Notes: generated from the letters alone by a model not told the origin. A stretch of 64,000 nt of DNA from Porphyromonas sp. (GCA_041791495.1 JBHBLB010000050.1:9522-73521), one strand, 5' to 3'. Positions 18,432-27,769 are shown, counted from the first letter of the stretch. Program-made: numbers and translations.

Positions 18432-18462
18432 TTGCACCGAATAAAAATAATACATATCTTTG
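18432..18462 (+). promoter_or_regulatory. Sigma-A promoter (-33 TTG, -7 TATCTTTG) with no downstream CDS
   Basis: TTG at 18432-18434, 20-nt spacer, TATCTTTG at 18455-18462. Confidence 0.7.
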
Positions 18463-18465
18463 TCC

Positions 18466-18547
18466 TGTGGTTTTTTCATAATAGTATTAGATTTAAGGTT
18501 AAACAAAGATCGATTAGGGGATGTCGGGAGACATCCTTTAATTTTTT
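18466..18547 (+). ncRNA. Candidate ~80-nt small RNA
   Basis: Promoter immediately upstream, AU-rich body, terminator hairpin ggatgtc-ggga-gacatcc followed by tttaatttttt, and no ORF. Confidence 0.6.
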
Positions 18548-18752
18548 AGACCAAGTGGGATCAGATGAGGGGTTGCTCCTTGTCTGATCCCACTGCATTT
18601 TTGGTGCGAAGTGCGCTCCAGATGGAGTAAGGGTATATCTCTCCCCGGGGCGATATGCCGATCGCTATATCCGTTTGTGTGTAGATGGCTCTATGCTGAG
18701 GGTAGACGGAAGTGAGGGAGATGCGGTTGCAGAGTGTCTCTCTACCGTATGT

Positions 18753-18846
18753 GATGTGATTTTCAGGGGTGGATTTCTAATCTTCAGGGGCGGAAAAGTA
18801 ATAATCGGGGACGGAAAACTAACTTCCAGCCCCCGATCGCAACTCC
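18753..18846. repeat. 94-bp modular element, copy C
   Basis: gatgtgattttc-aggggtg-gatttctaatcttc-aggggcg-gaaaagtaataatc-ggggacg-gaaaactaacttcc-agccccc-gatcgcaactcc. Confidence 0.88.
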
Positions 18847-19025
18847 TTGTCCGGGTATTGTTACGTTTTTAACCGCTTGGGTGCCTCTTATGCCCCGGAG
18901 GTCTCTCCCTTCCCGATACATCCGATGAGGTGCATATAAGCACACCGCCCCACGAGCGATACCGCTGGAGCGATGCTGCTTGTGTGGTGGCGTATGTGGA
19001 GTGTCCCGACTCTGCCGGGGAGGGC

Positions 19026-19556
19026 TTAGAACCTGAATCCGATCCCGCTCTGTAGCATGCTTGCAAAGGCTGAACTGCTTGCTAAGTCCCTTGCTTCTTT
19101 TACTTTCTCTACCATCGGTACTGCGAATGCCAGGACTGGCCTGATGTAGAATTTGTTGTAGCGAATCTCAAACCCCACGCCTATGGATGGTAGTATTTCG
19201 CCCCCGATCTTATGGTTGGATTTACTTGAAGACGGGGTGTCGAGATTTACACCAAGCATGCCGATGACTGTGGCATTGATGTAGGAATTGAAGACCATTT
19301 TATTTTTAATCTTCGGCACGATGCTCTTGAAGTAGTATCTGTACTCGGGAGAGAGGCTGGCATACGCTCCGGGGAATACGAACCCGGCCGCCCCCGAAAC
19401 CCCAAGGGAAGACTTCTCATTCAGCCTGTAGTGGAGCCCGGACTGGATAGAGAGGAGTCCCAGTCCCAGATCGAAGTCTTTGCTCTTCCGCTCCTGTCCG
19501 AGGAGGGCGGTGGCAGAGATCAGCAGTATGAGCGATATGGATAGTATTCTTTTCAT
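19026..19556 (-). CDS. Small outer-membrane beta-barrel protein
   Basis: Signal peptide, alternating beta-strands (SPEYRYYF) and terminal GIGFRF. Confidence 0.7.
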   Translation of the reverse strand: MKRILSISLILLISATALLGQERKSKDFDLGLGLLSIQSGLHYRLNEKSSLGVSGAAGFVFPGAYASLSPEYRYYFKSIVPKIKNKMVFNSYINATVIGMLGVNLDTPSSSKSNHKIGGEILPSIGVGFEIRYNKFYIRPVLAFAVPMVEKVKEARDLASSSAFASMLQSGIGFRF

Positions 19557-19574
19557 TGTGTCGTACTTGATGGG

Positions 19575-20003
19575 TTAGCGTTGGATGATGGTGAGGGGGT
19601 GATAGTAGTTGCCGGATTGTAGGATAAAGCTGTACTCGCGAACCTCCATAGTGAACTTCGGTGCCATATAAACGCGTAGGAGACGCCCCTCTTTCACTAC
19701 TTCAAACTCATTGTTGCGTACGCCTATAATCCGTCCGCTACCGGAGTAGAGTACCTCGAAGTCGCGCTCGGCTACGAGTCTCCTCTGGTGAAAGGTCACG
19801 GAAGAAGGATCGACCCACCAGTTGTCGGATTGTGTACGGAGCGCAACTTCTCCGCCTTTGGAGTCGAAGGTGATGACCTCTACATCGAGTTTGATCGGAT
19901 CTTCGTCGAACCCGGGTTGATCACTGATAGTGAGGCTGCATGAGGTTAGTGTGGCCATGCAGAGAAATACTATCCCGAGCATAATTCGTGAGATTGTGTT
20001 CAT
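19575..20003 (-). CDS. Lipoprotein, possible BACON-like domain
   Basis: Lipobox LTS-C; IKLDVEVITFDSKGGEVALRTQSDNWW resembles the start of a BACON domain. Confidence 0.55.
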   Translation of the reverse strand: MNTISRIMLGIVFLCMATLTSCSLTISDQPGFDEDPIKLDVEVITFDSKGGEVALRTQSDNWWVDPSSVTFHQRRLVAERDFEVLYSGSGRIIGVRNNEFEVVKEGRLLRVYMAPKFTMEVREYSFILQSGNYYHPLTIIQR

Positions 20004-20052
20004 GATTTACTCTTTTTAGATGATTGCGATGATTTGTATGTTTATCTCTCTA

Positions 20053-20060
20053 CAAATATA
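20053..20060 (-). promoter_or_regulatory. Sigma-A -7 box (TATATTTG) for the lipoprotein/OMP pair
   Basis: Exact match 50 bp upstream of the start. Confidence 0.55.
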
Positions 20061-20094
20061 GGAAAAGATCTTCAGGATTCTAAAGTCTTTGCCT

Positions 20095-20709
20095 TCAATG
20101 TGTCAAGAAAAGTAGAGCCTCGGGACCGGTATTCAGCAACAGATCGAGGGCAGAGAGGTTGTGCTCGAAGCCGAACCTCTCCTCATAGACTTGCCAGTAT
20201 CGGCGGAATGCTTCGGAGGCGGGTGTATGGTGCCGGTCGCACATCTCTGTGTGGAAAGCGGCTCCGTCGGGGAGCTGATCCGAGACCGTGGGGCAAGGGA
20301 GCCCGATCTCTTCACAGAGAAATAGGAGCCAGCGATGGTTGTATGCCACAAGGCTCTCCTGCCGCCCGGGATAAGCCAATAGCTCCTCGATACGATCTAT
20401 GTAGTGCTCGAGGAAAGGGGACGACCCATAGCCGCTGACGATGGTGCGCAGGTGTCGCTCTCGCCAGTGATCGTGCTCGGAGATGAGTATAGTGGAGGTG
20501 GGAGGGGGAGGATAGGGATACCGCTCGACGGGAATGGAGAGAGCGGTACGCCCGTTGGCCGTCATCAGATCGGTGCGGTTGCGGTAGCTCTGCTTGCGGT
20601 AGCTTTCGCCGGTATAGATGATGGTAGAGGGCGATAGGGCAAGCAACCTCATATAGCCTATGGAGGGGATGAATGCCGTAGGGAGGTAGATCGCGGTATG
20701 GGGCGTCAT
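20095..20709 (-). CDS. WbqC family protein
   Basis: ESYRKQSYRNRT, LSIPV, YGSSPFLEHY and NLSALDLLLNTGPEA; downstream of lepB as in other Bacteroidetes. Confidence 0.85.
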   Translation of the reverse strand: MTPHTAIYLPTAFIPSIGYMRLLALSPSTIIYTGESYRKQSYRNRTDLMTANGRTALSIPVERYPYPPPPTSTILISEHDHWRERHLRTIVSGYGSSPFLEHYIDRIEELLAYPGRQESLVAYNHRWLLFLCEEIGLPCPTVSDQLPDGAAFHTEMCDRHHTPASEAFRRYWQVYEERFGFEHNLSALDLLLNTGPEALLFLTH

Positions 20710-20712
20710 GGC

Positions 20713-21252
20713 TCAGAACGGACTCTTGAGGGATCCGATCACTTTCCCGACGATGTGCGTACGTGTCACCCAGACGAAAGAGCCGTCGAGGGTGTGGACG
20801 AGGTAGTAGTCCTGACTGAAGCGATGATGCTTCCACTGCTTCAGATGTTCGGTATCCGAGGGCGAAGGCTTACCGTTATCGGTGCTCATCTCTACGTGGA
20901 GAAGCGGGGCAAGACTATGAAGGCGCGCACTGTCGATACGTAAGAGCTGACCGCATGACGGGGCGGGCAGGCTCAGCGTATCGGAGAGCTGTGCGGTTGT
21001 GCCGGGGATAGCAAGGCATCGTCCCACGCTGATGCTGGTGAGAGGACAGTCGAAGACCATGAGGTCTCCCCTTTCCACAGCGGACGTGGTACGATGGATG
21101 AGGAGTAGACTCCGGGCCGACAGCCCCTCGGGTGCGGCCTCTGTCGTTGTTTCGAGGTAGTAAGTGGTGAAGAGGAACAGGCGAAGCAGCACCGCCGTAG
21201 CGATGATGCCGAGGAGCAGAGCCCCCTTTGCGACTGTCCCTTTGCGTACCAC
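20713..21252 (-). CDS. S26 signal-peptidase-I-like protein lacking catalytic residues
   Basis: N-terminal TM, RGDLMVF, RCLAIPG and HIVGK boxes align with the adjacent LepB, but the Ser and Lys are absent. Confidence 0.65.
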   Translation of the reverse strand: MVRKGTVAKGALLLGIIATAVLLRLFLFTTYYLETTTEAAPEGLSARSLLLIHRTTSAVERGDLMVFDCPLTSISVGRCLAIPGTTAQLSDTLSLPAPSCGQLLRIDSARLHSLAPLLHVEMSTDNGKPSPSDTEHLKQWKHHRFSQDYYLVHTLDGSFVWVTRTHIVGKVIGSLKSPF

Positions 21253-21270
21253 GTGAGTAGAGAGTTAGGT

Positions 21271-22686
21271 TTATTTGGGAACGGTAAAGAAACGATCCCA
21301 ACGGATCTTCCCGGAGAATAGGCCTTTATCTTTATCAAGCGACAGCCAAACGAATATAGGTTTGCCCACGATGTGATCCTCAGGGACGAAGCCCCAAGCG
21401 CGAGAGTCTGCAGACCTGTGCCGATTGTCCCCCAGCATGAAGTAGTAGTCCATCCCAAAGGTATATGTGTCGCTCGCCACTCCGTCGATATATATCCGTC
21501 CCTCCTTTACGACAAGGTCATGCCCTTCATAGTTTCGGATGCAGCGTTCATAGAGAGGAAGGTTTTCGGGAGTTATATGGATGGTGGCACCTTTCTTGGG
21601 AATGTATATGGGCCCATAGTTATCTCGTGTCCACCCTGTCTCCATATCGAGCGGATAAGTTGGGAAGTCCCGTGTCGTCGGTGAGGGTTCGACCACAATC
21701 TTTACTACACCCGGTTGTTTGGAGAGCGACTCTTTCATTTCCTTTGTCAGGGGGAAGTGGTAGACGATACCGTAGCTTGACGGGGCGATGCTATCGAGAT
21801 TGAGGCTGCGGAATAGGTCAGCGTAAGCGGGTTCATCGCCTTGGAGCATGAGCTGATCGTCTGGGCTTATGTCGAGCTTATCGAAGAGTTCGGCGGAGAG
21901 ATGCGTCCCGTCTGTCTGCACAAAGTAATTGAGCTGCATAAACTTCGGATCTTCGCTCCTTTTTCCGTTGATAAAGAGAGCATTTTCTCGTATCATGAGC
22001 GAGTCCCCTGGCATACCTACGCAACGCTTTACATAGTGATCTCTCATATCGACAGGGCGATAGACCACCTTCCCAAAGTAAGCTTTGTCTCCTCTTACCT
22101 GGTCACGTCCATGCTGCTTAACGAGGTTGTAGTAGTCCGGGTTCGGTTTGTTGAGGGCGACGGTATCGCCGGCGGGGAAGTTAAATACGACAATGTCTCC
22201 CTCTTTGACCGATGAAAACCCCTTGATCCTCTTATACTCCCATTGCGGTTTGTCGAGATAGGCTTTGCCTCCCCAGGGAAACATATTGTGCACAAGGGGG
22301 AACGCGAACGGTGTCATCGGTATCCTCGGTCCATAACTTAGCTTACTCACGAAGAGATGATCCCCTACGAGGCAGGTCTTTTCCAGGGAAGAGCTGGGGA
22401 TCTTAAACTGTTGGAAGACGAAGATATTCAGTAGATGCACCGCAAAGAGTACGACAACTATATCTTCGATCCACTTCATCGTGTTGCGAAGAGTGCTGTT
22501 CGGATGCTTTTCCCACCAACGCCAGTTGATCAACTTCGTGAAGTAGGCATCGAAAAGTATCGGTAGCACAATCACCGGGACCCAGAAACTGTCTACCCAG
22601 ATCGAGAAGAGTATGGTGGCGATGGTAAGTATCGCGAACTTGATCCACGTACGTGTACTGATGTTATTGAGGTCTATTTTGTTCAT
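21271..22686 (-). CDS. lepB: Signal peptidase I
   Basis: IPSSSLEKT (Ser), YVKRCVGMPGD (Lys) and GDNRHRSADSRAWGFVP. Confidence 0.95.
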   Translation of the reverse strand: MNKIDLNNISTRTWIKFAILTIATILFSIWVDSFWVPVIVLPILFDAYFTKLINWRWWEKHPNSTLRNTMKWIEDIVVVLFAVHLLNIFVFQQFKIPSSSLEKTCLVGDHLFVSKLSYGPRIPMTPFAFPLVHNMFPWGGKAYLDKPQWEYKRIKGFSSVKEGDIVVFNFPAGDTVALNKPNPDYYNLVKQHGRDQVRGDKAYFGKVVYRPVDMRDHYVKRCVGMPGDSLMIRENALFINGKRSEDPKFMQLNYFVQTDGTHLSAELFDKLDISPDDQLMLQGDEPAYADLFRSLNLDSIAPSSYGIVYHFPLTKEMKESLSKQPGVVKIVVEPSPTTRDFPTYPLDMETGWTRDNYGPIYIPKKGATIHITPENLPLYERCIRNYEGHDLVVKEGRIYIDGVASDTYTFGMDYYFMLGDNRHRSADSRAWGFVPEDHIVGKPIFVWLSLDKDKGLFSGKIRWDRFFTVPK

Positions 22687-22705
22687 TTCCTTGCTATTTC
22701 ATAAG

Positions 22706-23455
22706 TTAATTTGCTGACATGAGGTCATCCATGCCGTAGATGCCACGTTTCCCTTTCAGGAACTCCGCGGCGAGGACTGCGCCAAGGGCGAAGCCCTCTC
22801 TCCCCTTTGCCGAGTGCTCTATGGTGATGCTGTCCACTGCCGACCCGTATATGATGCGGTGGATGCCCGGCACCTCGCCCTCCCGGATGCAGCGTATAGG
22901 CAGTTCATCTGGGGCAAAGCTCTTTGCCTCTCCGCTTCCGTCGAGGTAAGCTACCCCTCTTTCTTTCCTGTCTATCCGGCTGATGATGCTTTCGCTTAGG
23001 GTCAGAGCAGTACCGCTTGGGTGATCTTTCTTATGGATATGGTGGACCTCCTCCATCCGCACATCGTACTCTGTGCGGAGATTCATAAGTTCTGCGAGGC
23101 GTTTGTTGATAAGGTCGAAGAGGTAGACTCCGACACTGAAGTTGGAAGCATAGAAAAAGGCTGCCCCCTCATTACTGAGGCAGGCTTGCTCCACCTCGTT
23201 GCGACGGTCGAGCCAACCGGTCGTCCCCGACACTACTGGCATACCCAGCCCGAAGCACTTCATATAGTGCTCCACTGCCGTATCGGGAGTGGTAAACTCA
23301 ATGACCACATCTGCGGAGCGAAACTCCTCGCCCTCTATCTCTTCGGTATTGTGTCTGTCGATGACAGCGACCACGGAGTGCCCTCTGCCGAGTGCTATCC
23401 GTTCGATCGCCTGTCCCATCTTGCCATATCCTATAAGCGCAATCTTCATGAGCAT
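22706..23455 (-). CDS. dapB: 4-hydroxy-tetrahydrodipicolinate reductase
   Basis: IGYGKMG, VSGTTGW, SNFSVGV, EVHHIHKKDHPSGTA and FALGAVLAAEFL. Confidence 0.96.
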   Translation of the reverse strand: MLMKIALIGYGKMGQAIERIALGRGHSVVAVIDRHNTEEIEGEEFRSADVVIEFTTPDTAVEHYMKCFGLGMPVVSGTTGWLDRRNEVEQACLSNEGAAFFYASNFSVGVYLFDLINKRLAELMNLRTEYDVRMEEVHHIHKKDHPSGTALTLSESIISRIDRKERGVAYLDGSGEAKSFAPDELPIRCIREGEVPGIHRIIYGSAVDSITIEHSAKGREGFALGAVLAAEFLKGKRGIYGMDDLMSAN

Positions 23456-23485
23456 TTATATTTCAAGTCTGTAAGGCTTCGGGTA

Positions 23486-23493
23486 CAAAGATA
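23486..23493 (-). promoter_or_regulatory. Sigma-A -7 box (TATCTTTG) for the dapB-lepB operon
   Basis: Exact match about 30 bp upstream of the start. Confidence 0.6.
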
Positions 23494-23530
23494 TTCATTC
23501 TCTGCCACTTCACCTATACCACTCCCTGCC

Positions 23531-24070
23531 CTATCTCCTGCCAAGTGCTTCTCCCGCAAGGTCTTTGTCCGAAAGGATAAGGGAGGCAGGATCTATGTGT
23601 CGTGCTATCAGAGGCAGTACTGCATCGTAGCGGTAGGTTACTTCCGTTTCGGGGTGGTAGTACTCGTCCACTTTGTATTGCAGTACCGTGTCGTCCTCGA
23701 GAGCGATGAACCCGTGAGCATATCCTGCCGGGATGTAGAGCGAGAGCCCCGAGTGTGCCCTGAGGGGTACGGCTATGGCTTGCCCGAAGGTGGGCGAGCC
23801 CTCCTCCACATCTAGGACGATGTCGATGATCGAGCCGGAGAGTACACGTATCAGCTTGCTTTGCCCATAGGGCTCTCTCTGGAGGTGCATACCTCGGAAT
23901 ACGTCCTTATGAGATACAGATACGTTGTCCTGCACGAAGGGCCTGGATACTCCTGTCATCGCAATGAATCTCTCGGCATTGAATGCCTCGTAGAAGCACC
24001 CACGCCTATCCGTATATATCGGGGTCTCGATCAGGAGTACGCCCCGGAGGGTTTGAGCCGTGACTTTCAT
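23531..24070 (-). CDS. rfbC: dTDP-4-dehydrorhamnose 3,5-epimerase
   Basis: [33 protein letters not shown] and YKVD. Start MKVT at 24070 overlaps the tdk stop (ATGA). Confidence 0.92.
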   Translation of the reverse strand: MKVTAQTLRGVLLIETPIYTDRRGCFYEAFNAERFIAMTGVSRPFVQDNVSVSHKDVFRGMHLQREPYGQSKLIRVLSGSIIDIVLDVEEGSPTFGQAIAVPLRAHSGLSLYIPAGYAHGFIALEDDTVLQYKVDEYYHPETEVTYRYDAVLPLIARHIDPASLILSDKDLAGEALGRR

Positions 24071-24666
24071 TTCTTCTGCATTTTGTCGAGATAACAGCAC
24101 CTACACAGAGGGGCATACTCGCCCGTTTCGCCGAGGAGTACCTGACTCTCCCCTTCGACGAGCCGATGGGAGTAGTTGGCAGGTGCGCCACAGGAGATAC
24201 ATACGGCGTGTACTTTCGTCACCGAGTCTGCGATGGATATGAGGGCAGGCATAGGACCGAAGGGTCGGCGCAGGAAGTCCATGTCGAGTCCCGATATGAT
24301 CACTCTGACACCCTCATCGGCAAGGGTCTGGCACACCTCCACGATCCCATCGTCGAAGAACTGTGCTTCGTCTATCCCCACTACATCTACTCCCGAGCAG
24401 AGCAACACGATATTGCCGGAGTGCGCTACGGGAGTGCAGGCTATCGCTTTACGATCGTGGCTCACCACGTCCGTCTCGGAGTACCGGGTATCCGTCTCAG
24501 GCTTGAAGACTTCTACCTTCATCCGTGCTATCGAAGCCCGTTTGAGGCGTCGCATCAACTCTTCAGTCTTGCCCGAGAACATGGATCCGCAGATTACTTC
24601 TATACTACCTCTCGGCTTGGAGAGTAGCCTGAGTCGTTCGGCTTCTATCGTGTGGTCTTGTGTCAT
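24067..24666 (-). CDS. tdk: Thymidine kinase
   Basis: [25 protein letters not shown] and CISCG...PLCRCC. Confidence 0.96.
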   Translation of the reverse strand: MTQDHTIEAERLRLLSKPRGSIEVICGSMFSGKTEELMRRLKRASIARMKVEVFKPETDTRYSETDVVSHDRKAIACTPVAHSGNIVLLCSGVDVVGIDEAQFFDDGIVEVCQTLADEGVRVIISGLDMDFLRRPFGPMPALISIADSVTKVHAVCISCGAPANYSHRLVEGESQVLLGETGEYAPLCRCCYLDKMQKK

Positions 24667-24693
24667 CCCTTACTCTATATGGTGTTATCAGGG

Positions 24694-24701
24694 CAAAAAT
24701 A
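24694..24701 (-). promoter_or_regulatory. Sigma-A -7 box (TATTTTTG) for tdk-rfbC
   Basis: Exact match 28 bp upstream of the start. Confidence 0.55.
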
Positions 24702-24852
24702 CATCAAATTCTCTACATCTCGGAGCCGTGGAGTGCGCTACGGGAGCTTTTTCATCTGGGGTGGTAGGGGGTGCCTTATGGCTTCGCCCCGCTATCCTTT
24801 CGGAGCATGAAGTGGCGGATATGCCGTAGGAAAACTTGCTTCGACTGCATCG

Positions 24853-24946
24853 AGAGTTGTTTTCCGGGGCTGAGAAGTAATAATCGGCACCGAAAAATTA
24901 CCTATCCGCCCCTGAAAATTCCTTTTCAACTGCTGAACATCCCTTC
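24853..24946. repeat. 94-bp modular element, copy D
   Basis: agagttgttttc-cggggct-gagaagtaataatc-ggcaccg-aaaaattacctatc-cgcccct-gaaaattccttttc-aactgct-gaacatcccttc. Confidence 0.9.
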
Positions 24947-25033
24947 ATATCCCGTAATATCTGAGTCCGCTCTCGCTTCCGATGCTCTTCTCTTCCGCGG
25001 TGGTGTGCCTGCCTGTCCGTAAGAGACGATACA

Positions 25034-25069
25034 AAAAGGGCTGTGTCCCACCTGAGACACAGCCCTTTT
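25034..25069 (-). terminator. Terminator of tpiA
   Basis: 14-bp inverted repeat aaaagggctgtgtc / gacacagccctttt. Confidence 0.85.
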
Positions 25070-25089
25070 GTGATTGTCCCGTGCGGCGA

Positions 25090-25851
25090 TTACTTGTCGA
25101 ATGCCGCAATGATCGGGAGGAACTTCTCTGCCGAAAGGGATGCTCCTCCTATGAGTCCGCCATCGACATCCGCCTTGGCGAAGAGCTCCGGTGCGTTGTC
25201 TCCGTTGCAGCTACCCCCATAGAGGATCGAACAGTCTTGGGCAGTCGCTTCGCCGTATTTGCGCGCTACGACGTGGCGTATATGGTCGTGTATCTCCTGT
25301 GCCTGGTCAGAAGTGGCCGTCTTGCCGGTACCTATCGCCCATACGGGCTCATAGGCGAGGATGACCTTGCGGAACTCCTCCTCAGTGAGACTGAAAAGCG
25401 ATGCTGACACTTGCGCTTCTACCACTTCGAAGTGCTTACCACTTTCGCGCTCCTCAAGGACTTCTCCGATACAGAAGATGGGTGTGAGGCCGTTGTCGAG
25501 CGCAAGGCGCACCTTACGGCTCAGCGTCTCGTAGTCTTCGTGATAGTATGAGCGACGCTCCGAGTGGCCGAGGATGACGTGTGAGGCTCCCGTAGAGGCT
25601 ACCATCGCTGCCGATACTTCGCCTGTGAATGCGCCCTTGTCTCTGTCTGCACAGTTCTCTGCTGCCACCTTGATGGGTGAGCCTTTCACCGCCTCTACTA
25701 CGGAAGCGAGGTGGGTGAAGGGTACTCCGAGCACTACCTCGCAGTGGAGTGTCTTCCCTTCGATCGAGGCTTTGACCTTCTTGGCAAGCTGTATCCCCTC
25801 GGCAAGGGTGGTATTCATCTTCCAGTTTCCTGCTACAATGTTCTGTCTCAT
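25090..25851 (-). CDS. tpiA: Triosephosphate isomerase
   Basis: [24 protein letters not shown] and LIGGASL. Confidence 0.99.
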   Translation of the reverse strand: MRQNIVAGNWKMNTTLAEGIQLAKKVKASIEGKTLHCEVVLGVPFTHLASVVEAVKGSPIKVAAENCADRDKGAFTGEVSAAMVASTGASHVILGHSERRSYYHEDYETLSRKVRLALDNGLTPIFCIGEVLEERESGKHFEVVEAQVSASLFSLTEEEFRKVILAYEPVWAIGTGKTATSDQAQEIHDHIRHVVARKYGEATAQDCSILYGGSCNGDNAPELFAKADVDGGLIGGASLSAEKFLPIIAAFDK

Positions 25852-25881
25852 ATCTTTATTTGTCTGATAGGATTTTGTTTT

Positions 25882-27174
25882 TTATTGATTGTCGTATCTT
25901 TTCTTCTGTCGTATCACAAGGATGATACAGAGGAACGCTCCCAGAGAGAGTGGTAAGAACCTCAGCATCTGACTTCGACGATGACTCCGCAAAGATGCCT
26001 GTGTATCGAACGGCGACTCCACAAACTCCCCGTCCTTGAGGAGGGCGACAGCGTCTCTGTACGAGGCTTTGCGTATGATTTTCCCATCCACGATTACGAT
26101 AACTCCCGGGTCGGAGCGTACGATCGTCTTGATCGTGGTACGGTCAATATGGTAGGTGGGAGCGATCTTCACGAGCTGCCATAGGGCACCGTCGTCGAGA
26201 CGGTTGCCTACCCCGAAGATGAGTTTGCCGCCATGCCGGAGGGCCAAGTCGCGTAGTTCTCGTAGCGGCTCCTCCATGGTGTTGAGATCATGATGGATAA
26301 TGTCGCGGAAGAGTACGATTATCCTATTCTCCCCCTTCGCTCTCAGTGTCTCGGAGATATCCTTCCCTTTCTCGTCGAGAAGCATAAAGTCCGCCCCTCC
26401 GATCGTCTTCCCGGCTTTCAACTCTATGGTCTCGTCACGGAGAAATGTCCAAGTGGAGTCCACTTCTGCCAGTTCTTCGAGGTTGAATGTCCGCTCCACT
26501 CCATTCTTTTCGTACACAAAGCGATAGTCGTAGTCGCCATCGTCGTGAGGCTCATCGGTAAGTTCGGTGAGCGGTGTCCCCACCTTGTAGAGCCTGAAGT
26601 CTATCGCAGGGAGATGTGTTACCGACATGTAGATGAAGTGTCCCACGAGGAGAGCGGCTGCTCCGAGGGATATGATGCCGCTCCTGCCCGGTAGGAGCGA
26701 TGGCGTGATCCGTGGGAAGAGCAGTAGAAGTAGGGAGAAGGGGAAGAGGATAAGGTTCTTTATGAACGTCGCTGTATTGCTGATGGTGAAGGCATCTCCG
26801 AAACACCCGCAGTCGGTAACAGGATTGGCAAGCGCAATGTACAGGGTGAGCAGCGTCATGAAAGTCATCGTGAGCGCCATCAGTATCCCTGAAACCTTAC
26901 GGCCTATGCCGCACAGTACAGCAAAGCCAAGCAACATTTCGTAGAGACATAGCAGTACCGAAGCACTGAGGGTCGTATCCTCACTGAGGACAAACCCGGC
27001 AGATGCCGTGTACTCTCCTATCTTTATCGCTGTCCCTACTGGATCTATGGCTTTCATCAGCCCGGAGAAGATGAAGACAAGTCCCAGTAGGAGCCTTGCA
27101 CACCACAGTAAGAGACCGACACTCCTTATATATATTCGTCCGAGCCTTAGGCTACGGTATGCTTGCTCTTCCAT
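25882..27174 (-). CDS. DoxX/MauE-like membrane protein (BT_3928-like)
   Basis: FSGLMKAIDP, DCGCFGDA, TFIKN and DFRLYKVG; conserved position upstream of tpiA in Bacteroidales. Confidence 0.8.
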   Translation of the reverse strand: MEEQAYRSLRLGRIYIRSVGLLLWCARLLLGLVFIFSGLMKAIDPVGTAIKIGEYTASAGFVLSEDTTLSASVLLCLYEMLLGFAVLCGIGRKVSGILMALTMTFMTLLTLYIALANPVTDCGCFGDAFTISNTATFIKNLILFPFSLLLLLFPRITPSLLPGRSGIISLGAAALLVGHFIYMSVTHLPAIDFRLYKVGTPLTELTDEPHDDGDYDYRFVYEKNGVERTFNLEELAEVDSTWTFLRDETIELKAGKTIGGADFMLLDEKGKDISETLRAKGENRIIVLFRDIIHHDLNTMEEPLRELRDLALRHGGKLIFGVGNRLDDGALWQLVKIAPTYHIDRTTIKTIVRSDPGVIVIVDGKIIRKASYRDAVALLKDGEFVESPFDTQASLRSHRRSQMLRFLPLSLGAFLCIILVIRQKKRYDNQ

Positions 27175-27744
27175 CTACTGCTTAGAGGTTTGTGCGGTCT
27201 CCTCTCCCATCAGAATGAGTGCAAAGACTGCATAGTTTACCATATCGAGATAGTTGGCATCGATACCCTCGGAGACGTTTGTCACACCTTTATGGTCTTC
27301 GATCTGCTTGGTACGATAGACTTTGGTAAGGATGAGGTCGGTGAGAGAGGCAATTCGCATGGACCGCCACGCTTCATCGTAGTCATGATTTTTGGACTCC
27401 ATCAGGGTCTTGGCTATATATACGTACTTGTCGTACCAGTCCACGACCTGAGATGTATCCTCTTCGGGGTGCTCCGTGTGCCCTTTCTCGAGCTGCACAA
27501 GCCCCATGATGCCGTAATTTACTATGGCAACGAACTCGCCCCTTACGTCATCTCCCACGAGATTGATCCCCTTGTCCTGTATGGTCCTTATCCTATTTGC
27601 CTTGATGAATATCTGGTCGGTCATGGAGGCGGGACGCATGATACGCCACGACGCACCGTAATCTTGCAGCTTGGCTATGAAGAGGTTTCGGCACGCTTGT
27701 ATGACCTCGTCGTACTGTCTTGACGTATCTTTGGTCTGTGACAT
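27175..27744 (-). CDS. DUF1599 protein with an internal tandem duplication
   Basis: Two copies of K..DY...WRxMR..SxTDxI..K..R...NY. Confidence 0.8.
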   Translation of the reverse strand: MSQTKDTSRQYDEVIQACRNLFIAKLQDYGASWRIMRPASMTDQIFIKANRIRTIQDKGINLVGDDVRGEFVAIVNYGIMGLVQLEKGHTEHPEEDTSQVVDWYDKYVYIAKTLMESKNHDYDEAWRSMRIASLTDLILTKVYRTKQIEDHKGVTNVSEGIDANYLDMVNYAVFALILMGEETAQTSKQ

Positions 27745-27769
27745 GGCGGCAAAGGTATGGAGGGAGTGG

